Shown here: piece after piece, positions 47,986 through 58,245 of the stretch
How positions within the stretch are numbered: position 1 is the stretch's first letter
Layout of the letters: each line of letters starts with the position of its first letter
Assembly (NCBI GenBank): GCA_965208575.1
Contig: CBDBOV010000006.1
Location: forward strand, 1,152,001 to 1,216,000
Direction: 5' to 3'
From: Spirochaetia bacterium
GTDB taxonomy: Bacteria; Spirochaetota; Spirochaetia; SZUA-6; Bin103
Length of the DNA stretch: 64,000 bases
The notes under the pieces: model-generated
The model's database searches: none
Told to the model about the DNA's origin: nothing
What the model saw: the letters and a program-made list of their open reading frames with translations, nothing else
Made by a program: the position numbers and the translations under genes

Positions 47986-50345
47986 CACGACGTGCCCTCC
48001 GATGAGCGCTTCGACTTCGCCGCCCCGCCCTCGCCGGTACCGCCGCCATCACGTGCACCGCGGCCTCGGGTGGCGCGCCCCGCGGATGCCTGCGGGTCCG
48101 CGCCGGCACCGCTGCCACCTCCGCCTCTGCCACCGGCTCGGCCGCCGCCGGTGCCCGGCGTACCGCTCGTGGAACCGCTTCCGGAGGCGGGATTGCCGTA
48201 TTCCGCGCGGATGCGGTTGCGGTGCAGGCCGCCGAGGATCCACACCAGGATGCCGATGACGATCACCAGCGCCGGCAGGCCGGCGACCGCGAACGTCTTG
48301 ATGGCGGTGCGCGCCGGCGGCTCGATCTCGCGCAACGGCCGCACCCGGCGCCCCTTGCTGCGCATCTCGGCGCGTTCGTCGCGCCCGTTCATGGCGTCGA
48401 TCAGGTTGAGCAGGAACAGCGAGTTGGGGTTGCGGCCCTGCACGTCGATGAAGCCGCTGCCCAGGATGGCCGAGGTGCCGACCACGAACAGCCGGCCCTC
48501 GCCCTCCGCCGTGAAGCTCGCCTCCGCTTGCAGTTCCTCGGCGGAGATCAGCGGCGCCGCCTCCTCCTCGTCCTCGTCCTGCGAACTCGGCTCGTCGCGC
48601 GGGCGTTCGGGAATCTCGCGGTCGGCGAAGTAGCTGGTAAAGGCGCCCTCGGCCAGGACCGCCAGCGGGAACGACGTGCGCACGTCCTCGCCCGGCGGCT
48701 CGGCGCCCATCAGGTCGATCTGCCCTTCCATCTCCCAGGCGGTCGGCGAGGTGCGCAGCGCCACGGTGTAGTCCACGCCCGGCTGGCCGCCGCCCACCAC
48801 CGTCAGCGGCGACACGTTGAGCATCACCAGCTCCTCCAGGCCGGCCAGGAACGGCACATCGCGGTCGATCTCGTCCTCCTTGAGCAGCGGCGCGAAGTAG
48901 ATCTCGCTCTCCACGTAGCCGCCGCGCTGCGACGCCTGGCGCTGCACGAACGACTGCTCGTCCAGGACGTAGGACTGCTCCAGGCGCACGCCGTAGTGCT
49001 CCAGCATCGCCTCCAGGCCGGTCTCGCGCGGCAGGTGGAAGGCGCCGCCGCCGCCGAAACCGCTGCCCTGGCTGATCCAGATGTGGTGCGAGTCCAGGAA
49101 CAGCATCAGCGAACCGCCGCGCAGCAGGAATTGGTCGATCTGGAACAGCGCCCACTCGTTGAGCGGCTCCTGCGGACCCACCACCAGCATGCTGCGCACC
49201 CCCTCCGGCACGAAGCGGTCCTCCAGCAGCAGGCCGCGGAAGGTGTACTCCTGCGACACCAGTTGGAACAGGTTGGACAGCTCCGCCTCCACCACGTCGG
49301 TGGGGGTGGTGGCGTTGGCGCGCCCGCGGTAGGGCGGCGTCTCGAAGTCGGCCAGGTAGCCCATCTCCTCCTGGGTGCCGAGGATGTTCTTGAGGGTGTC
49401 GTCCAGGGAGCGGCGGATCGTATCCAGGTCGGCGAGCTGGTAGCCCATGACGCTGCTCTGCAGCAGGTTCATGGTGATGGTGGTGCCCTCCGAGGTCACC
49501 GACAGGCCGGCGTAGGCCAACTCGGCGCTGCCATCGGGCGCCTGCAACTGCAGCGGCGCCAGCCGCAGCCGGCGGCCCTCGTCGATCGGCACGGTGTCCT
49601 CGTTGGCGTCGACAAGCTCGAACCGCAGGCGGTCGAAGTAGCTGGCGTTGAGCTCCTTGACCAGCGCCTCGATCTCGCCGGGCACCTGGTCCACGCCCGG
49701 CGCCAGCGCCGCCAGCGGCGACGAGAAGTAGAGCGTGACCCGGATGTCCTCCTCCAGCGCCACCAGCCGGCTGACGCGCTCGGTGAGCTTGCTGATCGCC
49801 TCGGTGATGGTCAGCTCCAACTGGCCGGTGTCGGTGATCGACGAGATGGTCTCGATCAGGTCGCCGTGGATCAGCGCCATGCCGAGGTAGGCGGTGCTCA
49901 GGGTCACCTCGTCGCGGTCGAGCTGCTCGATCTGGATCGGGTAGATCAGGTACTGGCGGGCCAGCTCCTCGTTGGCGATCGCCTCCTCCTGGCCCACCTC
50001 CTCGGCGCCCATGGAGACGAACTGGAAGTTGAACAGGTCGCCGCCGTGCACGGCGTACTCGTCGAGCAGGTCGCGCACCGCCTGCTCCACCGTGTTGTAG
50101 GGGGCGGGCAGGTTGGGGGTGAAGAAGGCGCGGATGGTGAGCGGCTCGCGCAGCGCGCTGACCGCATCGATGCTCGGCGGCGACAGCTTGTACAACCCCG
50201 ACTCGGTGACGTCGAAGCGCTGAAACAGTCCGGATGCCGACGACACGTTGATCATCACCAGCGCGCCGGCGAACAGCACGATCTCCACCACGCGCAGGCC
50301 GGTGCGCAGCGGCTTGTGCCCGGTCATCCCGGTCGTCCCGCTCAT
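47985..50345 (-). CDS. GldG-like ABC auxiliary component
   Basis: RFDVTESGLYKLS, FFTPNLPAPY, IDQFLLRGG, N- and C-terminal TM. Confidence 0.85.
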   Translation of the reverse strand: MSGTTGMTGHKPLRTGLRVVEIVLFAGALVMINVSSASGLFQRFDVTESGLYKLSPPSIDAVSALREPLTIRAFFTPNLPAPYNTVEQAVRDLLDEYAVHGGDLFNFQFVSMGAEEVGQEEAIANEELARQYLIYPIQIEQLDRDEVTLSTAYLGMALIHGDLIETISSITDTGQLELTITEAISKLTERVSRLVALEEDIRVTLYFSSPLAALAPGVDQVPGEIEALVKELNASYFDRLRFELVDANEDTVPIDEGRRLRLAPLQLQAPDGSAELAYAGLSVTSEGTTITMNLLQSSVMGYQLADLDTIRRSLDDTLKNILGTQEEMGYLADFETPPYRGRANATTPTDVVEAELSNLFQLVSQEYTFRGLLLEDRFVPEGVRSMLVVGPQEPLNEWALFQIDQFLLRGGSLMLFLDSHHIWISQGSGFGGGGAFHLPRETGLEAMLEHYGVRLEQSYVLDEQSFVQRQASQRGGYVESEIYFAPLLKEDEIDRDVPFLAGLEELVMLNVSPLTVVGGGQPGVDYTVALRTSPTAWEMEGQIDLMGAEPPGEDVRTSFPLAVLAEGAFTSYFADREIPERPRDEPSSQDEDEEEAAPLISAEELQAEASFTAEGEGRLFVVGTSAILGSGFIDVQGRNPNSLFLLNLIDAMNGRDERAEMRSKGRRVRPLREIEPPARTAIKTFAVAGLPALVIVIGILVWILGGLHRNRIRAEYGNPASGSGSTSGTPGTGGGRAGGRGGGGSGAGADPQASAGRATRGRGARDGGGTGEGGAAKSKRSSEGTS

Positions 50346-51049
50346 ATGCGCCGCTCCACCACCAGGTTGGTGGCATACAGGCCGACGAAGGTGGCGCTCA
50401 GGAAGTACACCACGTCGCGCGAGTCGATCACGCCCTTGGCCACGTTTCCGAAGTGGTAGTCGGCGCCCAGGTACTGCAGCACGCCGGTAAGGCCGGCCGG
50501 GATGAAGAACAGCACCTTGTCGATCAGCACCAGGAAGGCGCACAGCGTCAGGCCGATGATGAACGCCACGATCTGGTTCTTGGTCAGCGCGGAGGCGAAC
50601 AGGCCCACCGAGCAGTACAGCGCGGCCAGCAGTATGGTGCCCAGGTAGCCGCCCACCACCGGCCCCGGATCCAGGTCGCCGAGCGTCGCCACGATGATCG
50701 GGTAGGCCAGCGTCGGCACCAGCATCAGCAGGATGAACAGCAGGCTGCCGGTGAACTTGCCGAGCAGCACGTCGAAGCGGGTCATCGGCAGCGTGCTGAG
50801 CACCTCGTAGGAGCCGGTGCTGAACTCCTCGGCGAACACCCGCATGGTCACCGCCGGCACCACCAGCCCCAGGGTCATCGGCAGCAGGCGGAAGAACTCG
50901 CGCAGGTCGGCGCGCCCGTTGAGGAAGAACGGCGTGAAGAAAAACCAGCCGGTCACGGTGAGGAAGATCACGGTGACGATGTACGCCACCGGCGAGCCGA
51001 ACGCCGCCCGCAGCTCGCGCCACACGACCCGGAAGAAGGCGCCGCTCAT
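50342..51049 (-). CDS. GldF-like ABC permease
   Basis: RELRAAFGSPVAY, TMRVFAEE..GSYE.L, TKNQIVA, GVIDSRDVVYF. Confidence 0.88.
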   Translation of the reverse strand: MSGAFFRVVWRELRAAFGSPVAYIVTVIFLTVTGWFFFTPFFLNGRADLREFFRLLPMTLGLVVPAVTMRVFAEEFSTGSYEVLSTLPMTRFDVLLGKFTGSLLFILLMLVPTLAYPIIVATLGDLDPGPVVGGYLGTILLAALYCSVGLFASALTKNQIVAFIIGLTLCAFLVLIDKVLFFIPAGLTGVLQYLGADYHFGNVAKGVIDSRDVVYFLSATFVGLYATNLVVERRI

Positions 51050-52044
51050 GCGCTCTCCTCCGCAACTGCGCCGTCCGCGGCCACTCCGTCGCCGGAGCCG
51101 TCGCCGGCCGCGCCGGTCAGCTCCCGGAACGTGTCCTCCAGCGAGTGGCCCTCGGAGTTGAGCCCCACCACCACCCAGTCGCGCGCCTTGATGGCGGCGT
51201 ACAGCTCGCGCAGGTTCTGCCCGGCGCACGACACCTCCACCAGCAGCGCGCCGGCCACCGGCAGCGGCGCATCGAGCACGCGCACCACGCTGTTCACGCC
51301 CGGCACCGCCAGCAGGTGGCGCTGCACGTCGTCGAGCGGCGCGTCCAGCAGCGCCAGCCGCACCGCCAGGCCGGACAGCGCGCGCGCCTTCACCACGTCG
51401 GCGGTGCCGTCGGCCGCCACCCGCCCGCGGTTGATGATCACGATGCGGTCGCAGGTGGTCTCCACCTCGCTCAGGATGTGGGTGGAGAAGATCACCGTCT
51501 TCTCGCGCCCCGCCTCCTTGATGATGGAGCGGATCTCGACGATCTGGTTGGGGTCGAGACCGGAGGTGGGCTCGTCCAGGATGAGGATGTCGGGGTCGCT
51601 GAGCATGGCGTGGGCGAGGCCGACGCGCTGCTTGTAGCCGCGCGACAGCTCCCGGAACGGGCGGTGGATCACGTCGCCCAAGCCGCACAGGTCGGTCATG
51701 GCGCGGATGCGCTCGCCGCGCCGGCGCGGCTCGATGCGGCGCACGGCAGCCACGTACTGCAGGTAGTCGTGCACCACCATGTCGGCGTACAGCGGGGCGA
51801 ACTCGGGCAGGTAGCCGATCAGCCGCTTCACTTCGAGCGGATTGTCGGCCACGTCCATCTCCTGCACCTCGACCGAGCCGGCGGTCGGGGTGAGGTAGCC
51901 GGTGACGATGCGCATGGTGGTGGTCTTGCCGGCGCCGTTGGGACCGAGCAGCCCGAGGATCTCGCCCCGGTTGACCGAGAAGCTCACGCCGTCGAGGGCG
52001 CGGGTGGTCCCGTAGTCTTTGGTGAGGTTGTTGATTCGGATCAT
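51046..52044 (-). CDS. GldA-like ABC ATP-binding protein
   Basis: GPNGAGKTT, LSRGYKQRVGLA, LDEPTSGLDPNQ. Confidence 0.92.
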   Translation of the reverse strand: MIRINNLTKDYGTTRALDGVSFSVNRGEILGLLGPNGAGKTTTMRIVTGYLTPTAGSVEVQEMDVADNPLEVKRLIGYLPEFAPLYADMVVHDYLQYVAAVRRIEPRRRGERIRAMTDLCGLGDVIHRPFRELSRGYKQRVGLAHAMLSDPDILILDEPTSGLDPNQIVEIRSIIKEAGREKTVIFSTHILSEVETTCDRIVIINRGRVAADGTADVVKARALSGLAVRLALLDAPLDDVQRHLLAVPGVNSVVRVLDAPLPVAGALLVEVSCAGQNLRELYAAIKARDWVVVGLNSEGHSLEDTFRELTGAAGDGSGDGVAADGAVAEESA

Positions 52045-52240
52045 GGGAATCGCGGGCTGCCGCGGCGGCGGCCGCCGTCTCCCCATAGATGTACTACAAA
52101 TCCTCCGCCAAAGTGAAGATCCACCGCCCGGGGAGCACGGCCGCCACCGGGGCGCGGGTACGCCGGCGGCCCGGCGGTATTCAGACCGGCTCTCGATCCC
52201 TGAGGTTGAAGTGACCATGTGATGTCCATATGATAGTCAT

Positions 52241-52483
52241 ATGCGTTCGATCACCATTGCCAAGCTGAAGGCGACACTGAGTGCCGAGTTGCGGCGAGTG
52301 CGCGCGGGGGAGCGGGTCACGGTCCTCGATCGCACCACTCCGGTGGCGCTCCTCGCGCCGGTTCCGGCGGCGATCCGCGTGGTGCGGGCAGCGAAGGCGC
52401 CCTACGCCCACCGGACCCTGACGCCTCTGATGGCGCGCGATCCGTTGCCCTATCTGGACGAGGAGCGCGGCGAAGCTTGGTAG
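52241..52483 (+). CDS. Phd/YefM family antitoxin (orphan)
   Basis: ITIAKLKATLSAELRRVRAGERVTVLDRTTPVA; upstream TGACCAT...ATAGTCA inverted repeat. Confidence 0.85.
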   Translation: MRSITIAKLKATLSAELRRVRAGERVTVLDRTTPVALLAPVPAAIRVVRAAKAPYAHRTLTPLMARDPLPYLDEERGEAW

Positions 52484-52515
52484 CCTATCTCGGGCTCACG
52501 GCAGCCTTGGTATAG
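52477..52515 (+). pseudogene. Possible stub of vapC toxin
   Basis: TTG GTA GCC TAT CTC (MVAYL) overlapping the antitoxin stop, then diverges and stops after 12 codons. Confidence 0.4.
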
Positions 52516-52656
52516 GCCCGGCCGCGCGCCGGACCCCATCCCCGGCTGGTTCGTGGTATTCTGATCGCAACGTGTCGCCTCCCCGCCAGCAGCATCGGGG
52601 TCTCATCCAACTCGGCGCGCAACCGGCCCGGCGGGCCGCGAGGTGTTTCGTTCGGA

Positions 52657-53847
52657 TCAGATCGCGAACCAGGGCCTGACGTCGATGCCGTGGCGGCGCT
52701 GGTGGTCGCGGCCGGCATGAATCAGCGTTGCCCGATCGGTGTCCACACCGGCCTGCCGGCACCACCAGCGCAAGCCTGCCGTCATTGCGGAAACCACGGT
52801 CTCGCCGGACTTGATTTCGACCGGATAGGGTTCGCTGTCATGTTCGATCAGCAGATCGATCTCGTGGCCGGTACGGTCGCGCCAGAAGTACAGGGGCGGC
52901 TGTAGCCGATGGTGACGATACGCCTTCACGACCTCGGCCACGACGTAGTTCTCGAACAACGCGCCGCGCAGATGGTGGGTGGCCAACTGCCGCTCACTGC
53001 GAATGCCGAGCAAGTGGCAGGCCAGGCCGGTGTCCACCAGGTAGAGCTTGGGACTCTTCACCAGTCGCTTGTTGAAGTTGCGGTAGTAGGGACGCAGCAG
53101 GGTGACGACGAAGCTCGTCACCAGGACCGAGATCCAACGCCGCACGGTATCGACCGCGACGCCGCAATCGTTGGCGAGCGACGAGTAATTCAGGAGCTGA
53201 CCCACGCGCCCTGCCACCAGCATCAGGAACCGCTCGAAGGTTTCCAGTTGACCGACGTTGACCAGGGCGCGAACGTCACGGGCCAGGTAGGTCTGCACGT
53301 AGTCGGGCAGCCAGATTTCCGCCGGGATGCCGCGATCGTGGATGCGCGGGTAAAAGCCGGTGCGCACGGTGGACCACAGATCGAGCTGCGTCGTGGGGTT
53401 GGAAAACAGCGCACCGGGCACGCCGGGCGCGACTTGCGGCTGGGACTCCAGTTCCGCCCGCGACAGGGGCAGCAGATGGAGAATCCCGGTCCGCCCGGCC
53501 AACGTCTGAGAGACCTTGTCCATGAGCAGGAGGTTGTGAGATCCGGTCAGAACGTATGTCCCGGTATGATCCGGGTGATCGACTGCCACCTGGATCGCGG
53601 ACAGGATGTCCGGGACCCGCTGCACCTCGTCGATGATGGCCGGTGCACGGTAGCGGGACAGAAAGCCGTGCGGATCATCACGGGCGAACCGGCGCGGCTC
53701 GATGTCCTCCAGGTTGACGTACTCGAAGTCGGGAAAGATCGTGCGCGCAAGGGTAGTCTTCCCCGATTGCCGAGGGCCGGTCAGGGTGACTACCGGATAA
53801 TACCCGGCATCGCGCACGAGCACCGGACCGAGGGTACGAGCTATCAT
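52657..53847 (-). CDS. AAA+ ATPase with DUF4143 domain
   Basis: GPRQSGKTT, IIDEVQ, LTGS, SPKLYLVDTGL, FEN, EIDL, VEIK. Confidence 0.92.
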   Translation of the reverse strand: MIARTLGPVLVRDAGYYPVVTLTGPRQSGKTTLARTIFPDFEYVNLEDIEPRRFARDDPHGFLSRYRAPAIIDEVQRVPDILSAIQVAVDHPDHTGTYVLTGSHNLLLMDKVSQTLAGRTGILHLLPLSRAELESQPQVAPGVPGALFSNPTTQLDLWSTVRTGFYPRIHDRGIPAEIWLPDYVQTYLARDVRALVNVGQLETFERFLMLVAGRVGQLLNYSSLANDCGVAVDTVRRWISVLVTSFVVTLLRPYYRNFNKRLVKSPKLYLVDTGLACHLLGIRSERQLATHHLRGALFENYVVAEVVKAYRHHRLQPPLYFWRDRTGHEIDLLIEHDSEPYPVEIKSGETVVSAMTAGLRWWCRQAGVDTDRATLIHAGRDHQRRHGIDVRPWFAI

Positions 53848-53980
53848 GTGTCAAATGTACGATACAATCGTAGATCTGTCACGTCGCGGATCGTACCATA
53901 CTCTCCTGGTCAGACCAGACCAGACCATCTTGCCGAAGTCACCGGTGGTTGCGGGCGGCGCAGTTGGCTATGCTCCGGGG

Positions 53981-54460
53981 ATGGCAGTGGAAATCGACGC
54001 GAGCTGGTATGAGCGGCCGCCCGGCACGCCGGAGCGGCTGACCGCCGGGGGACTGGTGTGCGCGCTGCGGGACGGACGGGCGGTGGTGGCGCTGGTGCGC
54101 GAGGGCGACTGGCCTGCCTGGCTTCTTCCCAAGGGCGGCGTGGAGGCGGGCGAGGCGATCGAGGCGGCGGCGCGGCGCGAGATCGCGGAGGAGGCGGGGT
54201 TCACCCGGCTCACCCTGCTCGGCAAGATCGGCGTGCTGGAACGCCTCACCTTCGATCGGGCGTCCTGGACGGTGACCCACCTGTTCGCCTACGCCACCGG
54301 CGAACGCGACGCGGTGCCGCTCGACCGCGACGCCCATCCCCATCCGCCGCGCTGGTTCGGAATCGACGCGCTGCCGGACATGCTGTGGCCCGACCAGCGG
54401 CGGCTGATCGAGCGCAATCACGACCGACTGCGCCGCTGGCTGGCCGGCCCGAACGCCTGA
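53981..54460 (+). CDS. NUDIX hydrolase
   Basis: Nudix box GGVEAGEAIEAAARREIAEEAG. Confidence 0.9.
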   Translation: MAVEIDASWYERPPGTPERLTAGGLVCALRDGRAVVALVREGDWPAWLLPKGGVEAGEAIEAAARREIAEEAGFTRLTLLGKIGVLERLTFDRASWTVTHLFAYATGERDAVPLDRDAHPHPPRWFGIDALPDMLWPDQRRLIERNHDRLRRWLAGPNA

Positions 54461-54476
54461 ACCACTGCGCGGTTTC

Positions 54477-55427
54477 TTAGTACTTCAGTGACTTGTCTAC
54501 CACGTTCTCCAGCGGCTCGCCGGCCAGGTAGCGCTGCAGGTTGCGGCGTATCATGGTGCCGACCAGCGCGCCGGTGCGCGCCGAGGAGGGCGACGAGTGC
54601 GGGCTGATCAGGATGTTCGGCGCGTCCCACAGCTCGCTGTCGGCGGGCAGCGGCTCGACCGCCGTCACGTCCAGCCCGGCCCCGGCCAGGGCGCCTTCGC
54701 GCAGCATGCGCACCAGCGCCGGTTCATCGATGATCCCGCCGCGTGACATGCCCAGCAGGTAGGCGGTCGGCTTGAGCAGCGCCAGCCGCTCGGCGCTCAG
54801 CATGCCGCGCGTGGCATCGGTGATCGGGGTCGCCACCGCCACCACGTCGGCGCGCCGCAGCAGGTCGTCCAGGCCGTCGAGCAGGCCCAGCTCCGCCACG
54901 TAGTCGGGCCGTGCGACCGGGTGCGCGTCGACCGCGATGACCGGCATCTCGAATGCGTGCGCCCGCACCGCGATCGCGCGTCCGATGTTGCCCAGTCCGA
55001 TCACGCCCATGGTCAGGCCGGCCAGCCCCACGGTAGGTTGCGGCGCCGGGCGCAGCCACACCTTGTCGCGCTGCGCCTGGCGCAGGTCGTCGAACCGCCG
55101 CGCCAGCGCGATCAGCATGCCGAAGGCGTGCTCGGCGATGGTTGCCGCGTGCGCGCCGCGGGTGTTGGTCACCACGATGTCGGTATCGGCCAGCTCCGGC
55201 GGGATCCACTCCACGCCGGCGCTGCCCGACTGCACCCACTTCAGGCGAGGGGCGGCGGCCAGCAACTCGGCGGTCACGCTCCCCAACGCCACCTCGGCAT
55301 CGGCGGCCGCGGCGAGCTTCTGCTCCTCCGTATCCGGAACGATAAACTCCACCGCCGGCAACTCGCGCCGCAGCGCATCGACGAAGCCGACAATCCACTC
55401 ATTGGTCACCAGAACCTTCAAACTCAT
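54477..55427 (-). CDS. D-2-hydroxyacid dehydrogenase
   Basis: GVIGLGNIG, MSRG, LDVTAVEPL, SPH. Confidence 0.9.
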   Translation of the reverse strand: MSLKVLVTNEWIVGFVDALRRELPAVEFIVPDTEEQKLAAAADAEVALGSVTAELLAAAPRLKWVQSGSAGVEWIPPELADTDIVVTNTRGAHAATIAEHAFGMLIALARRFDDLRQAQRDKVWLRPAPQPTVGLAGLTMGVIGLGNIGRAIAVRAHAFEMPVIAVDAHPVARPDYVAELGLLDGLDDLLRRADVVAVATPITDATRGMLSAERLALLKPTAYLLGMSRGGIIDEPALVRMLREGALAGAGLDVTAVEPLPADSELWDAPNILISPHSSPSSARTGALVGTMIRRNLQRYLAGEPLENVVDKSLKY

Positions 55428-55441
55428 GTCTTGGACACTCC

Positions 55442-56638
55442 TCAATCTGCAGTCCGCGGGAACACCTCGGACGCTTCGTAAGCATTGCGCGCGGCGACCT
55501 GTTCGTTCAACTCGACCCCCAGGCCGGGGCCGTCCGGCGGAATGATGTAGCCGTCCTGCCACCGGATCGGCCGGCTCAGCAGTTCCGCGTAGAAGCCGCC
55601 GAAGGTCTCGATGCTCTCCTGGATGAGGAAATTGGGGCTGCAGGTGGCCAACTGGATGTTGGCGGCCGCCTCGATCGGCCCGGCGTACAGGTGCGGCGCC
55701 ACGTGCACGTAGTGCGCCTCCGCCATGCCGGCGATCTTCTTCGCCTCCAGGATGCCGCCGACGCGGGCGAGCGCCGGCTGCAGGATCGCCGCCGCCTGCC
55801 GGTTCAGCAGCTCGGCGTACTCGTACTTGGTAGCCAGCCGCTCGCCGGTGGCCACCGGGATGCTGGTGCCGCGCGCCACCAGCGCCATCTCGGCGCGGTT
55901 CTCCGGCGGCACCGGCTCCTCGAACCACAGCGGATCGAACGGCTCCAGGCGCTTGGCCAGGCGGATCGCCGCGGCCGCGGTCATCTGCCCGTGGGTGCCG
56001 ATCAGCAGGTCGCAGCGGCGCCCGACCGCCTCGCGCACGTTGCGCACCACCAGCTCGGTGTTGTCCAGCTCGTGCAGGCTGAGCTGGTGCGGGTCGAGCA
56101 CCGACATGTGGTGCACCGGATCGAGCTTCACCGCCGTGAAGCCCTGGTCCGCGTACGCCGCGGCCCGCCGCGGCGCCGCCACCGGATCCATCTGCACCGC
56201 GGTTGCGCGCCCGGGCCGCGGCGCTCCGGTGACTGGGCCCGGGTACAGGTAGGTGTAGGAGCGCAGCCGCTCGTGCACCTTGCCGCCGAGCAGGTTGTAG
56301 ATCGGCTGCCCGAGCGCCTTGCCGACGATGTCCCAGCAGGCGATTTCGATGCCGCTGAGCACGCCGATCACGGTGAAGTCGGGGTGCTGATTGTAGCCGC
56401 TCGCGTACACGGTGCGCCACAGGCGCTCGATCCGGAACGGGTCCCAGCCGGCGACGTGGCGCTCGAACACGTCCTCGATCAGTCCGGCCACCCGCTGCGG
56501 ACCGAACGGCACGCCGTACACCTCTCCGTAGCCGGCGATGCCGGTGTCGGTGGTGAGCTTCAGGAACACCCAGTAGGGGCCGCCCCTGTGGGGCGGCGGG
56601 TTGGCCACTACCCAAGTGGTCAGATCGACGATCTTCAT
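55442..56638 (-). CDS. Mandelate racemase / muconate lactonizing enzyme family protein
   Basis: EIACWDIVGK, VKLDP, WFEEP, ATGERL, APH. Confidence 0.9.
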   Translation of the reverse strand: MKIVDLTTWVVANPPPHRGGPYWVFLKLTTDTGIAGYGEVYGVPFGPQRVAGLIEDVFERHVAGWDPFRIERLWRTVYASGYNQHPDFTVIGVLSGIEIACWDIVGKALGQPIYNLLGGKVHERLRSYTYLYPGPVTGAPRPGRATAVQMDPVAAPRRAAAYADQGFTAVKLDPVHHMSVLDPHQLSLHELDNTELVVRNVREAVGRRCDLLIGTHGQMTAAAAIRLAKRLEPFDPLWFEEPVPPENRAEMALVARGTSIPVATGERLATKYEYAELLNRQAAAILQPALARVGGILEAKKIAGMAEAHYVHVAPHLYAGPIEAAANIQLATCSPNFLIQESIETFGGFYAELLSRPIRWQDGYIIPPDGPGLGVELNEQVAARNAYEASEVFPRTAD

Positions 56639-56818
56639 CGGTTGGCACTCCATGGCCCGGCACGCGGCGCCGGGCGGTCTCTAGGCGGCGGCAAGTGCGG
56701 CGCGCGGCAGTGCCCTCGGGCGCCGGGCGGATCGCATGCGGCGGCTGCGCTTTGCACCCGCCGCCCACGGCATCGTATCATGGACGCACCCTCGATTGTC
56801 CGACGAAAGGAGAGCACG

Positions 56819-57217
56819 ATGCCAATCGAACCGATTCTCTCGAGCGCCCTGCACACCATCAACCTGGAGGAGATCAAGCGCGAGATGGGCCCGCCGCCGT
56901 GGTTTCGCCCGGTGGTGCTGTCCGAATACGTGCAGGGCATGGTGATCTGCCAGACCGCGGCCGTCACCACCGACAACCACGTGCACGACTACGACGAGTG
57001 GTGGCTGGTGCTGGAAGGCGAGATCCACTGGCAGATCAAGGGCCGCGCCGGACCGGTTCGCGCCACGGCGGGCGACTTCGTCTACGTGCCGGCGCTCACC
57101 TTCCACCACATCTTCCCGCAGGGCGACGAGCCCTCGATCCGGCTGGCCATCTCGATGCCCGGGCACCCGCACCTGCACACCCGCCCCGAACGCAAGGCCC
57201 AGGTCACCTTCACCTGA
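56819..57217 (+). CDS. Cupin domain protein
   Basis: HVHDYDEWWLVLEG, GDFVYVP...HH; RBS AAGGAG. Confidence 0.85.
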   Translation: MPIEPILSSALHTINLEEIKREMGPPPWFRPVVLSEYVQGMVICQTAAVTTDNHVHDYDEWWLVLEGEIHWQIKGRAGPVRATAGDFVYVPALTFHHIFPQGDEPSIRLAISMPGHPHLHTRPERKAQVTFT

Positions 57218-57281
57218 CCTAACCCGACCGGCCCCGGCCTCGACCGACTGGAAGTTCTGGCCAAAGGACCTCGGGCTTGCG

Positions 57282-57329
57282 TTAGCAGCCAGTGTTCACC
57301 AATGCGCTTGTGTCGAAGTACGCGATCAA
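57282..57329 (-). pseudogene. Truncated vapC toxin (15 codons)
   Basis: TTG start overlapping the antitoxin stop: MIAYFDTSALVNTGC*; the first 11 residues are a typical PIN N-terminus. Confidence 0.75.
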
Positions 57330-57604
57330 CGGCGATCTTCGGACACAATGTCCGAGAGTCTTGTCCCTACGAGTCGCGGGGGCTCCGGGCTGTCGGGATT
57401 CGGGGTCTTCGCGGGAAGAGTTACCAACCCCGCCGCGACGAGACTTGCGAGCCGCTCAGAGTCGGAAGTCGATTCGCGCGGCTCTCTTACGATACGTGCC
57501 ACAGAGCGCCCACGTTCCGTGATGACCACTTCATCGCCGGCTTGCACCGCCGCCACGAAGCTGCTCAGCCGAGCCTTCGTTTCAATGATATCGGCAACAA
57601 TCAT
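57326..57604 (-). CDS. Phd/YefM family antitoxin (orphan)
   Basis: IIETKARLSSFVAAVQAGDEVVITERGRSVARIV. Confidence 0.82.
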   Translation of the reverse strand: MIVADIIETKARLSSFVAAVQAGDEVVITERGRSVARIVREPRESTSDSERLASLVAAGLVTLPAKTPNPDSPEPPRLVGTRLSDIVSEDRR

Positions 57605-57627
57605 TCTTGCCCAGAATACGCGATGAG

Positions 57628-58245
57628 CTATCGGTCGAGGAAGGCGACGGTCTGGCGGATGGCTTCGGCGGTGTTTTGCTCCAGGGTGCGGCCGGAGCGC
57701 TTGCGCGGCCGGAAGCCGTGGTCGCCGTCGGCGATCCAGTGCATGGTGATTGCCGGCGACAGGTCGTAGCCGGCCACCTCGTCGCGGTTGCCCATCGGGT
57801 CGCGCTCGCCTTGCAGGATCAGGGTGGGGGTGCGCAGGGTCGCCAGGTGTGCGGTGCGCAGCCGGTCGGGCCGCCCGAGGGGGTGAAACGGATAGGCGTA
57901 GCAGATCAGCGCCTGCGCGGCGCACTCGTCGGCCACCAGGCTGGCGATGCGCCCGCCCATGGAGCGCCCGCCGATCGCCACGTCGCCGCCGACCGCCGTC
58001 CTGACACGCGCGATCACGTCGCGCCAGGTCTGCTCCAGGATCGGCTGGCGGTCGGGCGCACCGCCGCGGCCGTTGACGCGGCGGCGGTGCATGTACGGGA
58101 ACTCGAACCGGGCGACCCGCAGCCCGGCGTCGTTGAGGCCGTCGGCGAGCGCGTTCATCGCCGGATGGTCCATCGCCTGGCCGGCGCCATGGGCCAGGAT
58201 CACGGTATGCCGGGCATCGATCGGCCCGGTGATCAGCGCCTGCAT
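57628..58245 (-). CDS. Alpha/beta hydrolase (KANL3/Tex30-like)
   Basis: LAHGAG, RFEFPY, GGRSMGGR, YPFHP, QGERD, DGDH. Confidence 0.88.
   Translation of the reverse strand: MQALITGPIDARHTVILAHGAGQAMDHPAMNALADGLNDAGLRVARFEFPYMHRRRVNGRGGAPDRQPILEQTWRDVIARVRTAVGGDVAIGGRSMGGRIASLVADECAAQALICYAYPFHPLGRPDRLRTAHLATLRTPTLILQGERDPMGNRDEVAGYDLSPAITMHWIADGDHGFRPRKRSGRTLEQNTAEAIRQTVAFLDR

Noticed and set aside
53909-53928. (CAGAC)n microsatellite between divergent genes as a phase-variation switch
   Set aside because: Only about three units and no defined promoter elements spanning it
57217-57287. Possible integron attC site (ACCTAAC overlapping the cupin stop ... GTTAGCA)
   Set aside because: The inner arms are not complementary, the R' box deviates from GTTRRRY, and there is no array or integrase nearby
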